Positions 38,586 to 48,294 are shown, counted from the stretch's first letter. The stretch is DNA of 64,000 nt from Candidatus Yanofskybacteria bacterium (GCA_016185545.1 JACPNJ010000005.1:79013-143012), one strand, 5' to 3'. Numbers and translations are program-made. Notes: generated from the sequence alone by a model not told the origin.

Positions 38586-40793
38586 ATGAGCAAAGCGATA
38601 GAACCTAGACCAAAACTACCAGCCAGTTTGAAACTCTGGAAATACGAAATAGAACGGATCGGTAAAAAATACGGCTTGGATTTTTATCCGAATATAATTG
38701 TCATGGCCGACCATGAAGAAATATCGGAGTTGGCCGCTTATTCCGGCTATCCGGTTCGTTACCACCATTGGTTTTTCGGCCAGGAAAGTATCAAACTCAA
38801 AAAGTCATACCGCTGGGGATTGCACATTATCTATGAAATGGTCATACCCACCATTCCCTGCTACTCGTATTTTTTGGATGCCAATCCTGAAGTTACGCAA
38901 AAAGCTGTTATTGCCCACGCCTGCATCGGCCATAACGACTTTTTCAAAAATAACGCCTGGTTTCGCGATATTCCAAGAAATCTCCATCACCGTTTCGGCG
39001 ACAATGCCGAGCACATAGAGACCCTGCGTCTGGAAATTGGAACGGAAAAAGTAAATAAGTTTCTAGAGGCCTGCATGTCTCTGGATAATTTATTCAATCT
39101 CCTGGGGCCGATTATCATTCAAGAACACAAAACCGTTAAAACCAAAACAGAGAAAAGGTTTCCAAAACGTATTAAACCGCGGGATGAATTGCCTTTTTTC
39201 ATGGACCCATATATCAATCCTCCGGAATATCTGGAAAGGGAGCGTAAAAAAATAGAACAGGAAGAAAAACGGGAAGCCGATATTGAACGCAAATTGATTA
39301 CACCGCCGGAACCGGTCCGCGACATCTTGTATTTTCTTATGAATAACGCGCCACTGGAAAAGTGGCAACGTGAAGTTATACGGATAGTGCGCGAGGAATC
39401 GCTGTGCCTGGCTAAAGGCGGCCAGACGAAAATCATGAATGAGGGCTGGGCGGCATTCTGGGAAGCTAAAATTATGGCCGGAGAAGGCGTCGCCGTCGAT
39501 TCGGAGGTTTGCTCATTTGCCAAAACATTTGCGGGAGTCCAGCACAGCGGTCGTTTTAAAATAAACCCTTACTGTCTCGGTAAACAACTCTGGGACGACA
39601 TCAAGTTCCGTTGGGATACCGGCCGCCTTGGTGAAATCTGGAATAAATGCAAAGACGGGATTATAAAAGACAACTGGGAAGAATTTATTGTTTTCAAATC
39701 TCTTTATGATGAATTCGGCGGTATGACCGAAGAAGCAACCAGGTTGTGGAATGAATTCTCTACGCTTGTCCACGAAACTAGAGAAAACAAGGGTTGGATT
39801 AAAAAAGCATTCTTCTTGCCGGAAGATTGGATTTCGGAATGGTTGAAATACCGCGAGGCAGAAACAAAATTACCCGCGTTGGAAGAAGCTCTGGAATATA
39901 TAAAAAAACTTGAAGAAAAATACCGTTCAGAACGAAATGATTCGCTGGCACCACTGGCTACAAGACACAAAATCATGCTCAATTCATTATCTCCTTTCGC
40001 CTTTTGGGGTTCTGATGAATTAGGTCAGGAAATTGCCGGATACAGATTTTATCTGAATCTGCGCACTAAACTGGCAAACGGCGAAGTGCCAATTCATAAT
40101 GTTGAAATACCAGAACAATGGATTGGGTGGGCTGGTAAATATCAATTTTTGGGACGTTTGGGCCAAGGATACGAAAAAATATTTGAAGTTCGTGCGGTTT
40201 ATAATGATGTAAATTTCATTCAGGACTTCTTTAATCAGGATTTCTGTGATAAATACAGCTATTATACTTTTGGAATCGGCAAATCACCGCCGGGGTCGTT
40301 CTGGGGCGAAGATCGTCTTTTAATCAAATCCAGAAATTTTATAAGGGTTAGGAAATTGCTTATTGAAATGTGCCTAAACCTAGGCCAGCCGAAAATTGTT
40401 CTGCTTGACGCTAACTTCAACAACAATTCCGAGTTGCGGTTTGTGCATCTGTACGACGGCCGCGACACCTGCTATAACGGCTGCGCCGATTGTGGCAGGG
40501 CCGGATTGGGTATAAAAGAAGTGTTGGAACGGCTTTATCTTGTTTGGAATAAAGACAAACCGGTTCATTTGGAAACCGTAAAAACAGCTTGGCCGAAGAA
40601 AAAACCGCCTTGGTTTTATTGGTTTCCGACAGGATATACGCCTTCGAAATCAGGGATTGAAAAACCAACCAGAAGATGGGTCAGATACACTTACAACGGA
40701 AAAAATCATATAGAAGCGGTGGTTGGTAAGGCTGATATACACAACTGGGAAGCCATAAAAAAACTTCTACCCGTAGAACCAGAATTAACTTGA
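38586..40793 (+). CDS. spoVR: SpoVR/YcgB family protein with a large insertion
   Basis: P.RY.HW.FG, IYEMVI, GHNDFFKNN, TKIMNEGWA.FW, NPY.LG. Confidence 0.92.
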   Translation: MSKAIEPRPKLPASLKLWKYEIERIGKKYGLDFYPNIIVMADHEEISELAAYSGYPVRYHHWFFGQESIKLKKSYRWGLHIIYEMVIPTIPCYSYFLDANPEVTQKAVIAHACIGHNDFFKNNAWFRDIPRNLHHRFGDNAEHIETLRLEIGTEKVNKFLEACMSLDNLFNLLGPIIIQEHKTVKTKTEKRFPKRIKPRDELPFFMDPYINPPEYLERERKKIEQEEKREADIERKLITPPEPVRDILYFLMNNAPLEKWQREVIRIVREESLCLAKGGQTKIMNEGWAAFWEAKIMAGEGVAVDSEVCSFAKTFAGVQHSGRFKINPYCLGKQLWDDIKFRWDTGRLGEIWNKCKDGIIKDNWEEFIVFKSLYDEFGGMTEEATRLWNEFSTLVHETRENKGWIKKAFFLPEDWISEWLKYREAETKLPALEEALEYIKKLEEKYRSERNDSLAPLATRHKIMLNSLSPFAFWGSDELGQEIAGYRFYLNLRTKLANGEVPIHNVEIPEQWIGWAGKYQFLGRLGQGYEKIFEVRAVYNDVNFIQDFFNQDFCDKYSYYTFGIGKSPPGSFWGEDRLLIKSRNFIRVRKLLIEMCLNLGQPKIVLLDANFNNNSELRFVHLYDGRDTCYNGCADCGRAGLGIKEVLERLYLVWNKDKPVHLETVKTAWPKKKPPWFYWFPTGYTPSKSGIEKPTRRWVRYTYNGKNHIEAVVGKADIHNWEAIKKLLPVEPELT

Positions 40794-40804
40794 GATTGCT
40801 TATT

Positions 40805-40828
40805 AGCGCGACACCTTCGCGCTTTTTT
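40805..40828 (+). terminator. Terminator of the prkA operon
   Basis: agcgcga-cacct-tcgcgct followed by a T-run. Confidence 0.7.
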
Positions 40829-40833
40829 ATTGG

Positions 40834-41862
40834 TTAAAAAATTTTCCTGGCTAACCGGTAAACCAAATACCAAAATTTTGAAATCGGCAGGTCAAATGAG
40901 CCGGGGTATTCAATGGTATTGCCGCCCCAGCCGAGTTTGAAACGGGTAACGCCGGGCCATTTGCGCGGGTCAATACCCCAAAAATCATATCGTTTTAGAC
41001 CTTCCGCTTTTAATTGCTTCATTATGTGCCAGTGCAAGGCATAAGGAGCCATAAGTGCTCTGTTTTCGTAATCAGAAGCACCGTGTAAATAGTAACCAGC
41101 ATCGCCGTAAGTAAGAATTAAGGCCGTGGCGATCGGTTTGTCATGAGTTTTGTCGAAGGGTTTGTTGTTATGCTTGGCAAAATATAATTTGGTTTGAAGT
41201 CCGTTATAATCCAACAATTTTCTGTAATAGTCATCCGGGTGCGGATTAAATCTATCCCGTTTGGCGGTTTTTTTAAGCAATTTTAAGAAAGTTTCAACTT
41301 TTGCACGATATTCTGCACGACATGCGATGTCGTGCTTCTGCACGACATCGCATGTCGTGCAAGTTACCTCTTCGCCCACGATTATGCCACGTTTATCGGC
41401 AACACCGATATTGTAGCGGGTCTTGTGATGCATAGCCGCGAGTAATTCGTTTTCGCTTTTTGTTAAATCAACAACAACCGTCTTCGACGGTTGGATTTCT
41501 TTTTTTGATTTTTTAAAACCTGCCTCAACCAGCGCTTGGGCAATGCTATCAATAAGCGGTTCGGTTTTTATAAAAATTGACTTGCGTTTTTTGCTTTCTT
41601 CGCGCAACCACCTTACGAAATTCGCCACTGGATTCTTAAATCCGCCTATCATCTGATTGAAGTCAATCTCCGGCCCATGCGGTATATAAAGATAGCTTTT
41701 CCCAAACGGTAAATTGTGTTTAATTATTTTGGCGCTTATTACAGGAGGTTGAGCCTCTTTACTTAGAGGCTCAACCTCTAAGTTTTCCGGGTATTCCAAA
41801 ACCTCCCGCCCCAGCGATTTCTGAAATTTCGTCCATTCTCTTGACTGAAGAAATGAGGTCAT
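40834..41862 (-). CDS. FemABX-family peptidoglycan aminoacyltransferase
   Basis: FLQS..W, Y.PHGP, KTRYNI, YLHGAS, YDFWG, FK..WGG. Confidence 0.92.
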   Translation of the reverse strand: MTSFLQSREWTKFQKSLGREVLEYPENLEVEPLSKEAQPPVISAKIIKHNLPFGKSYLYIPHGPEIDFNQMIGGFKNPVANFVRWLREESKKRKSIFIKTEPLIDSIAQALVEAGFKKSKKEIQPSKTVVVDLTKSENELLAAMHHKTRYNIGVADKRGIIVGEEVTCTTCDVVQKHDIACRAEYRAKVETFLKLLKKTAKRDRFNPHPDDYYRKLLDYNGLQTKLYFAKHNNKPFDKTHDKPIATALILTYGDAGYYLHGASDYENRALMAPYALHWHIMKQLKAEGLKRYDFWGIDPRKWPGVTRFKLGWGGNTIEYPGSFDLPISKFWYLVYRLARKIF

Positions 41863-42452
41863 TATTTTTTACTGCCTAGAATTTTGAGTGCTTCCTTTAT
41901 TTTTTCTTCCGAAGTTTTGGCGGTTTTGGCGACTTGTTTTAATACATCACGCGCTTGATATTGCGAATACCCAAGCGTCATAAGGGCATCAATCGCGTCA
42001 GAGTCGGTACCTACATCAGAGTCAGCCACAGCACCGATATCCGCAGTCATAATTTTATTTTTAAGTTCAAGCACTAGCCGGTGTGCGGTTTTTTCGCCTA
42101 TGCCGGAAACCTTATGCAAATAATCACCGTCGCCGCGTATTATGCCGATTTGGAGCGTCTGTAAATCAGCCGAAGCCAAAATCGCCTGCGCTGACTTTGG
42201 CCCGATACCCGACACAGTGGTAAGCAGTTCAAAGAAGTTTAATTCTTCCGGCGTGGTAAAACCGTATAACTCCACCGAGCCGTCTCTGGGACTGGTTTGA
42301 TAGTGCGTAAAAAGCTTGACCTGTGAGCCAATTTTTGCTATACTATTCAGATTCTTTGCCGGCATGGTAACGCGATAACCCACGCCATGGACATCAACAA
42401 TAGCGTATTTGCCCGAAATTGCCTGAATTGTGCCGTTTATGTAACCAATCAA
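41862..42452 (-). CDS. ruvA: Holliday junction branch migration protein RuvA
   Basis: MIGYING, GVGY, LYGF, VSGIGPKSA, GIG.KTA. Confidence 0.96.
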   Translation of the reverse strand: MIGYINGTIQAISGKYAIVDVHGVGYRVTMPAKNLNSIAKIGSQVKLFTHYQTSPRDGSVELYGFTTPEELNFFELLTTVSGIGPKSAQAILASADLQTLQIGIIRGDGDYLHKVSGIGEKTAHRLVLELKNKIMTADIGAVADSDVGTDSDAIDALMTLGYSQYQARDVLKQVAKTAKTSEEKIKEALKILGSKK

Positions 42453-42536
42453 GGAAAGAATCTAGAATCTAGAATCTAGAAACTAGAATTAAGAGTTAAT
42501 TTAATCATAAGACGACTGGCTGTTTTTTGCAAAAGA

Positions 42537-42599
42537 ATGTTTAAGTTATCCTCAAAATTCCCGCCTACGCCAAGGCTTCGGCGGGCAAGCAAACCATAA
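42537..42599 (+). pseudogene. Recoded duplicate of the uvrB 5' end interrupted by a palindrome
   Basis: atg ttt aag tta tcc tca aaa ttc encodes MFKLSSKF, the same peptide as at 42605. Confidence 0.8.
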
Positions 42600-42604
42600 C
42601 ATAA

Positions 42605-44611
42605 ATGTTCAAGCTAAGTTCTAAATTTAGCCCTACTGGAGACCAGCCCAATGCCATAGCGAAATTAACTCGCGGGCTTGAGCGCGGAACAAAACATCAA
42701 ACGCTGGTTGGAGTAACCGGCTCTGGCAAAACATACACAATTGCTAATGTAATCGCCAATATCAAAAAACCGACACTGATTATTTCTCATAACAAAACAC
42801 TTGCCGCCCAGCTTTATCAGGAGTTCCGGGAATTTTTCCCGCACAATTCGGTACATTATTTCGTCAGTTACTACGACTATTACCAGCCCGAGGCTTATAT
42901 CCCACACACCGACACCTACATAGAAAAAGATGCGCGCATCAATGAGGAGATTGACCGCCTGCGCCACGCGGCAACACAAGCGGTTATGACGCGCGATGAC
43001 ATCATTGTAGTTGCTTCGGTTTCCTGTATCTATAATCTCGGCTCGCCGGACGATTATCAAAAATTGTCGTTCCGACTTTTTGAAGGACAAAAAATAAACC
43101 CTCGCGAGTTAGTTTTATCGCTTCTAAAACTTCAGTATGCCCAAGACATAGAGCTCAAACGCGGAACATTCCGTAAATCTGTTAACGAAATAGAAATAGT
43201 TTCAGCCACCGGCGACAAGATAACTAAAATAAAAGTCCACGGAAATAAGATTGAACGGGTAACCGTTGCTGAAGGCGTGGATTTAGATTCACTTATTTAC
43301 AACGACCCGACTTATGAAAGAATCGTGGAAACCCAAATTTATCCGGCAAAATATTGGATAGCAACCGATGATAAAGTTGATATAGCCATACAAAATATCA
43401 AAGCAGAGCTACAACAGCATCTCAAAAAATTGGAGCGCGAAGGATTGGCCCTGGAAGCGGCTAGATTAAAAGAGCGCACCGAACGCGACATCCAAATGAT
43501 AAAACAAACCGGCTATTGCCACGGCATTGAAAATTATTCGCGCCACCTTGATTTTCGCGCTCCCGGCGCGCCGCCTTTTACAATGCTGGATTTCTTTAAG
43601 ACGAAAGGTGAGTTTTTGACGGTTTTGGACGAATCCCATCTGACAATTCCACAATTAAACGGCATGCACTCCGGAGATTATTCACGCAAAATGACTTTGG
43701 TTGAATACGGCTTTCGCCTGCCATCGGCACTTGACAATCGTCCGCTTCGGTTTGATGAATTTAAGAAAAATATCGGCCAAACAATTTATATGTCAGCTAC
43801 ACCAAAAGAGTACGAGCTTAAAAAATCAGGTAAAAGCGGGGTGGCAGAACAGCTTGTCAGACCCACGGGACTGCTTGATCCGACAATTGAAATCAGGCCG
43901 ACTAAAAATCAGATAAAACACTTGCTCGGTGAAATAAAAAAACGCATAACCAACGGCCAGAGGGTTTTGGTTACAACTCTCACCAAAAGAATGGCTGAGG
44001 ATTTGTCAGAACATTTGGCCGACAACGGCATCAAAGTCAACTACATACATTCGGAAATAAAAACTCTCCAACGGCTTGAAATTATACACGACCTGCGGCT
44101 CGGCAATTATGATGCAATCGTGGGCGTTAATTTGCTGCGTGAAGGATTGGACCTGCCGGAAGTTTCACTTATAGCAATTTTGGATGCCGATAAAGAGGGA
44201 TTCCTTCGCAACACCACAACATTGATTCAGACCATGGGACGCGCAGCACGGCACGTTGATGGCCACGTTATTATGTATGCTGACAAAGTTACGCGCTCAA
44301 TGGCTAATGCCATCAAGGAGACCGAACGCCGGCGTAAAATACAGGAGGAATTTAATCTCAAGCATGGCATCACCCCCACAACAATCATAAAAGCAGTCAA
44401 GCGTTCCGATTTGCCGTCAGCAAAAAAGGCACGCATCAGCAAGTGGTACAGTTATGATCCGACCGACAAAGAAACAGAAATTGAGCATCTTACGCCTACA
44501 GCGCAAATGGAACGCCTGCAAAAAGAAATGGAACGGGCAGTCAAAGAACTCAAATTTGAAAAAGCAATGTATCTGCGAGAGCAGATGCTAAAATTACGCA
44601 AACAGCTTTAG
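42605..44611 (+). CDS. uvrB: Excinuclease ABC subunit B
   Basis: GVTGSGKT, SYYDYYQPEAY, DESH, NLLREGLD, QT.GRAAR, UVR domain. Confidence 0.98.
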   Translation: MFKLSSKFSPTGDQPNAIAKLTRGLERGTKHQTLVGVTGSGKTYTIANVIANIKKPTLIISHNKTLAAQLYQEFREFFPHNSVHYFVSYYDYYQPEAYIPHTDTYIEKDARINEEIDRLRHAATQAVMTRDDIIVVASVSCIYNLGSPDDYQKLSFRLFEGQKINPRELVLSLLKLQYAQDIELKRGTFRKSVNEIEIVSATGDKITKIKVHGNKIERVTVAEGVDLDSLIYNDPTYERIVETQIYPAKYWIATDDKVDIAIQNIKAELQQHLKKLEREGLALEAARLKERTERDIQMIKQTGYCHGIENYSRHLDFRAPGAPPFTMLDFFKTKGEFLTVLDESHLTIPQLNGMHSGDYSRKMTLVEYGFRLPSALDNRPLRFDEFKKNIGQTIYMSATPKEYELKKSGKSGVAEQLVRPTGLLDPTIEIRPTKNQIKHLLGEIKKRITNGQRVLVTTLTKRMAEDLSEHLADNGIKVNYIHSEIKTLQRLEIIHDLRLGNYDAIVGVNLLREGLDLPEVSLIAILDADKEGFLRNTTTLIQTMGRAARHVDGHVIMYADKVTRSMANAIKETERRRKIQEEFNLKHGITPTTIIKAVKRSDLPSAKKARISKWYSYDPTDKETEIEHLTPTAQMERLQKEMERAVKELKFEKAMYLREQMLKLRKQL

Positions 44612-44616
44612 ATTCC

Positions 44617-44818
44617 TAAAAAATTACAAACTTTATTAGTAGAAAGATTGATCCACCGGCTACGCGCACGTGTTTTGCTGGCCCTTCGGGACAGGCGCAA
44701 AACGCGCGCGCCTCCGCCGGTAGAAACATCCTTTTCTTAGTAATTAACAAAGTGATAAAAATCACCCCCGACTCCGCCTGCAGGCGGAGTCGGGGGTTTC
44801 CGGTTTGTAATTTTTGAT
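44617..44818. repeat. ATCAAAAATTACAAACC-TIR element
   Basis: Inverted ends at 44617-44631 and 44802-44818; 44753-44818 is homologous (inverted) to 55633-55688. Confidence 0.8.
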
Positions 44819-44963
44819 AAATCACCAAAAGTTATTTAAAACTTACATACCCAAAACGCACACTCTCTTGACACACGATAGGCATATATGCTAACCTATT
44901 CATGATGCTGGCTGATTATAAAAAGCCAAGCAGAACAACTACTGGAGAGCCACAAAAGCCCCG

Positions 44964-44997
44964 GCAGGTATGATCTTTTTCAATTGAATAAGGAGGA
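44964..44997 (+). promoter_or_regulatory. 34-nt leader shared with the 55155-55508 gene
   Basis: gcaggtatgatctttttcaattgaataaggagga; exact reverse complement at 55513-55546. Confidence 0.85.
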
Positions 44998-45004
44998 AGA
45001 AAAA

Positions 45005-46366
45005 ATGCAAGAATTTACATTTTTGTCAGTACTTGGGGTTTCCCTTGCTGTTATTGTGACAATGACTGTTGTCGTTTCCATTATGTTCCGACGAGTGGTT
45101 AGCACCAACACTGTACACATTGTGCAGAGTAGGCGCAAAACAACTCCATATGGTACAACATTGAGCTTCGGCAACGTCTATTACCGTTGGCCATCGTGGC
45201 TTCCTTATTTTGGTGTAACGGTCATTGAGTTGCCAGTAAGCAACTTTGACCTTTCATTGAAAGATTATGAGGCCTATGACAAGGATCGTGTACCTTTCAA
45301 GGTCGATGTTACATCATTTTTCCGCATCAAAGATACGGCTCTTGCCGCACAGCGCGTGGCCAGTATTAGAGAACTTGAAGAACAACTTTCACTTATTGTA
45401 CAGGGTGCCGTCCGTAAGGTTCTTGCCTCGGATGTTATTGATTCAATCATGCTTGAGCGTTCCAAATTCGGCGAGCAATTCACCAGTGAGGTGAGTGAGC
45501 AATTGAAGGAGTGGGGCGTCGAGTCGGTCAAGTCCATGGAACTCATGGATATTCGTGATAGTCACGAAAGTAAGGTCATCTCCAATATTATGGCTAAAAA
45601 GACCTCGCACATTGAAATGCAAAGTCGGGTGGAAGTTGCAAATAACCTGAAAACTGCCAAAGCAGCAGAGATTGAGGCCAAGCAGATAGTTGACGTTCGC
45701 CAACAAGAAGCCGATGAAGCAGTTGGCAAGCGTACAGCCGAAAAAGACAAACAGGTCGGCATCGCCCAGCAGCAATCTCGCCAGGAAGTTTTGACGCAGG
45801 AGAAGCAAACACAGGAACGCAGCATGGACGTGAAACGTGTTGAGCAAGTTCGACTGGCAGAAATTACTAAGGAAAAGGAAGTTGTGACTGCCGAGCAGAA
45901 CAAACAGACCACCATCATCAAAGCCGATGGTACTCTAGAAGCTCAGCGCAAAGAAGCCGCAGGAATTGAAGCCATTGGTCTCGCGAGGGCCGAAGCCGAA
46001 AAAGCTATGCAACTGGCACCCGTCACAGCGCAAATTACTCTTGCCAAGGAAATCGGTGAAAATGCCGGATATCAGCAGTATCTCGCTATGATTGAGTCTA
46101 TCAAGGCGTACTTAGAAGTTGGCGGTAAGCAGGCTGAAGCTCTACAGAGGGCCGACGTCAAAATTATTGCTAACACTGGCAATCCAACCACAGGCATGAA
46201 AAATGTTATGGACCTTTTCACGTCTAAGGGCGGGACGGAATTGTCTGCCATGATTGAAGCGTTTGCGCAAACACCGCTTGGCAAAGCAGTGCTTACCACC
46301 CTTGGCATCAAAACCGAATCCACAACAATCGGCACGCCAACTGGTAAAGAGACAACGGAAAACTAA
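45005..46366 (+). CDS. SPFH/flotillin family protein
   Basis: N-terminal TM, Band-7 domain, AE-rich coiled coil; AAGGAGG SD. Confidence 0.9.
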   Translation: MQEFTFLSVLGVSLAVIVTMTVVVSIMFRRVVSTNTVHIVQSRRKTTPYGTTLSFGNVYYRWPSWLPYFGVTVIELPVSNFDLSLKDYEAYDKDRVPFKVDVTSFFRIKDTALAAQRVASIRELEEQLSLIVQGAVRKVLASDVIDSIMLERSKFGEQFTSEVSEQLKEWGVESVKSMELMDIRDSHESKVISNIMAKKTSHIEMQSRVEVANNLKTAKAAEIEAKQIVDVRQQEADEAVGKRTAEKDKQVGIAQQQSRQEVLTQEKQTQERSMDVKRVEQVRLAEITKEKEVVTAEQNKQTTIIKADGTLEAQRKEAAGIEAIGLARAEAEKAMQLAPVTAQITLAKEIGENAGYQQYLAMIESIKAYLEVGGKQAEALQRADVKIIANTGNPTTGMKNVMDLFTSKGGTELSAMIEAFAQTPLGKAVLTTLGIKTESTTIGTPTGKETTEN

Positions 46367-46486
46367 CTAGCTATCATGGGGAGACATTCTCCCTTTTTAA
46401 TTTGAAAAAGAGTTGTTGTAAAAAAATCACGATTTAAAGATGCATTTTATTGAGCAAATATATTTTTTATGTTAAAATATTAATTA

Positions 46487-46559
46487 CCGCCCCTAGCTCA
46501 ATTGGCAGAGCAGCTCCCTTTTAAGGAGAAGGTTCCGCGTTCGATTCGCGGGGGGCGGA
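46487..46559 (+). tRNA. tRNA-Lys(UUU)
   Basis: Cloverleaf: CCGCCCC/GGGGCGG acceptor, GCTC/GAGC D-stem, CT-TTT-AA loop, CCGCG-TTCGATT-CGCGG T-arm; CCA not encoded. Confidence 0.93.
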
Positions 46560-46597
46560 CAAATCTTATCAATTATAAAATCCGCCTCAAGCGGATT

Positions 46598-47884
46598 TTA
46601 TAATTGATAACCGACATATTCAGAGACTAGATCAAAGACTTCTTTCCATTTGGAATAGAGCGCTTCGCGATGTTCGGGAACCACACAAACCCTGACACAT
46701 AGATATTTATCCAATTCTCTTTCCAAGAGTTCAAAATAGCTCGGGTCTTGTTGTTTAAGGGAGTAAATACGCGGACCATCAAAAAGCGTAATATCCTCAG
46801 GAATAAAACGGTTTTTTTCCACTATGTGGCTTACCGCTACCTTCCAACCTTCAACGCCTAGCAATTTAGCAATAGAGGTTTCTATTCTTTCCAGATCTGC
46901 TGCGCTGGATTTTATAAAAAACCTGTCAAAAAAATCCTTGCCGACCTCAATTACCTTAATCTGTTTACCGGCATGCCGCTCCAGCCACATATAGCCGGTC
47001 AACCGTATGGAAAGCGCGGTTTTGGGAAAATGGCGCACACCGCTATCAAAAATCGCTATGCCGTTTTTTACTGTTTCGTCTTTACATTTTTTCAAAGCGT
47101 GAATCAGGTCGCCGTCGACCATTTCCCATAATTCATCTTCTGTAATTCCTCCTAATTTTTTTGGGGTATGCAATAACCGGTACATCAATTTTTGCATGAA
47201 GCGCTGGATGATATAGGCGCTTTTTTCCAGATGAACGTTACGGTAAAAATAAATATAGGCTCGCTGTATCTCAATGGCCGCATCCAGCGTTTTAAGATCA
47301 ACGAGGAGCTTGCCGTTTCGGTATTCCAGATGGTTAAAGACGCTCTCCACGCAACGGCGGATGTTCGGGCCGAATTCAGTCGCTTCCTGGTCGCGGACAA
47401 GGTAATCCATTTTTTCCATGCCGAAGTTCTTGTCACTGACTATCTGCCAGGCAGGGTTATTCCTTTTCATGTAACTTCTTATCAATTTAATGTCACCGCC
47501 GCATTTCTTAATATCACCGGCCATCCGATCTACAATTTTTAAACCGTATTCTTTGTGGTTTATTTTAGTAAAGGGCTCAATGATGTGGGAAAAAGGACCG
47601 TGTCCGATATCATGCAGAAGAGCGTAAAGGCCAAGATTGTGTGCTTCTTTTTTGGTTAAAAAACCGCGCTCAACCATCCGCACGGTAAATTCGCAAGTTT
47701 TGACATACGCACCCATCGAGTGCTGACGCCGGTCATGGGTCGCCCCCGGAAATACCAGATAGCTGAAAGCAAGCTGGCGTTTATCGCTTAAACGGCGAAA
47801 AAAATGATTGTCCACGATCGGAGAGATGCTCCCCTTATCCACCTGTCCAATCCCCGGCCAAGGAATCCATTTGTGACTACTCAT
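46598..47884 (-). CDS. HD-domain phosphohydrolase (dNTP triphosphohydrolase-like)
   Basis: F.RL...RQL, PGATH.R..HS.G, LLHDIGHGPFSH, KMDYL.RD. Confidence 0.9.
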   Translation of the reverse strand: MSSHKWIPWPGIGQVDKGSISPIVDNHFFRRLSDKRQLAFSYLVFPGATHDRRQHSMGAYVKTCEFTVRMVERGFLTKKEAHNLGLYALLHDIGHGPFSHIIEPFTKINHKEYGLKIVDRMAGDIKKCGGDIKLIRSYMKRNNPAWQIVSDKNFGMEKMDYLVRDQEATEFGPNIRRCVESVFNHLEYRNGKLLVDLKTLDAAIEIQRAYIYFYRNVHLEKSAYIIQRFMQKLMYRLLHTPKKLGGITEDELWEMVDGDLIHALKKCKDETVKNGIAIFDSGVRHFPKTALSIRLTGYMWLERHAGKQIKVIEVGKDFFDRFFIKSSAADLERIETSIAKLLGVEGWKVAVSHIVEKNRFIPEDITLFDGPRIYSLKQQDPSYFELLERELDKYLCVRVCVVPEHREALYSKWKEVFDLVSEYVGYQL

Positions 47885-47927
47885 CTTTTGATTAAATATC
47901 AAAAAACACAAAAAATCAAATTGCTAC

Positions 47928-48283
47928 ATCAAAAATTACAAACCCCGCTCCACCCCCTAATTTTTCTTCCTGTATCATGCCTTCATTACAAATTGCGGTC
48001 ACTGGCTAAATTGTCGGACACAGACCAGGACCGAATTTCTTAACGACTTGCCGTGCATAAATGCACAAGGCAAGTCTAAAATTCGGGATTGAAATGAAGC
48101 AGTTCATTTCAATCGTCCGTTTGCCGCTTGAAAACTTCGCCTATTGGCTCGTTTTCTGCGCGTTTTCCGACTAGTCCTAGTGTTACCCGACAATTCTTAA
48201 CGCCAGTTCCCTTATTTGTATAATCGGCAGATAATGTCAGAAAAATTAGGGGGTTGCGCTTGATACGGTTTGTAATTTTTGAT
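47928..48283. mobile_element. 356-bp non-autonomous element with perfect 17-bp TIRs
   Basis: atcaaaaattacaaacc / ggtttgtaatttttgat; nested inverted repeats; interior homologous to 55912-56085. Confidence 0.8.
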
Positions 48284-48294
48284 AGGGTAAGCGG

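Noticed and set aside
39680-40150. Intein in SpoVR
   Set aside because: No C/S start paired with an HN end, and no LAGLIDADG motifs.
46487-48283. tRNA-anchored genomic island
   Set aside because: No duplicated tRNA 3' end and no integrase found in the window.
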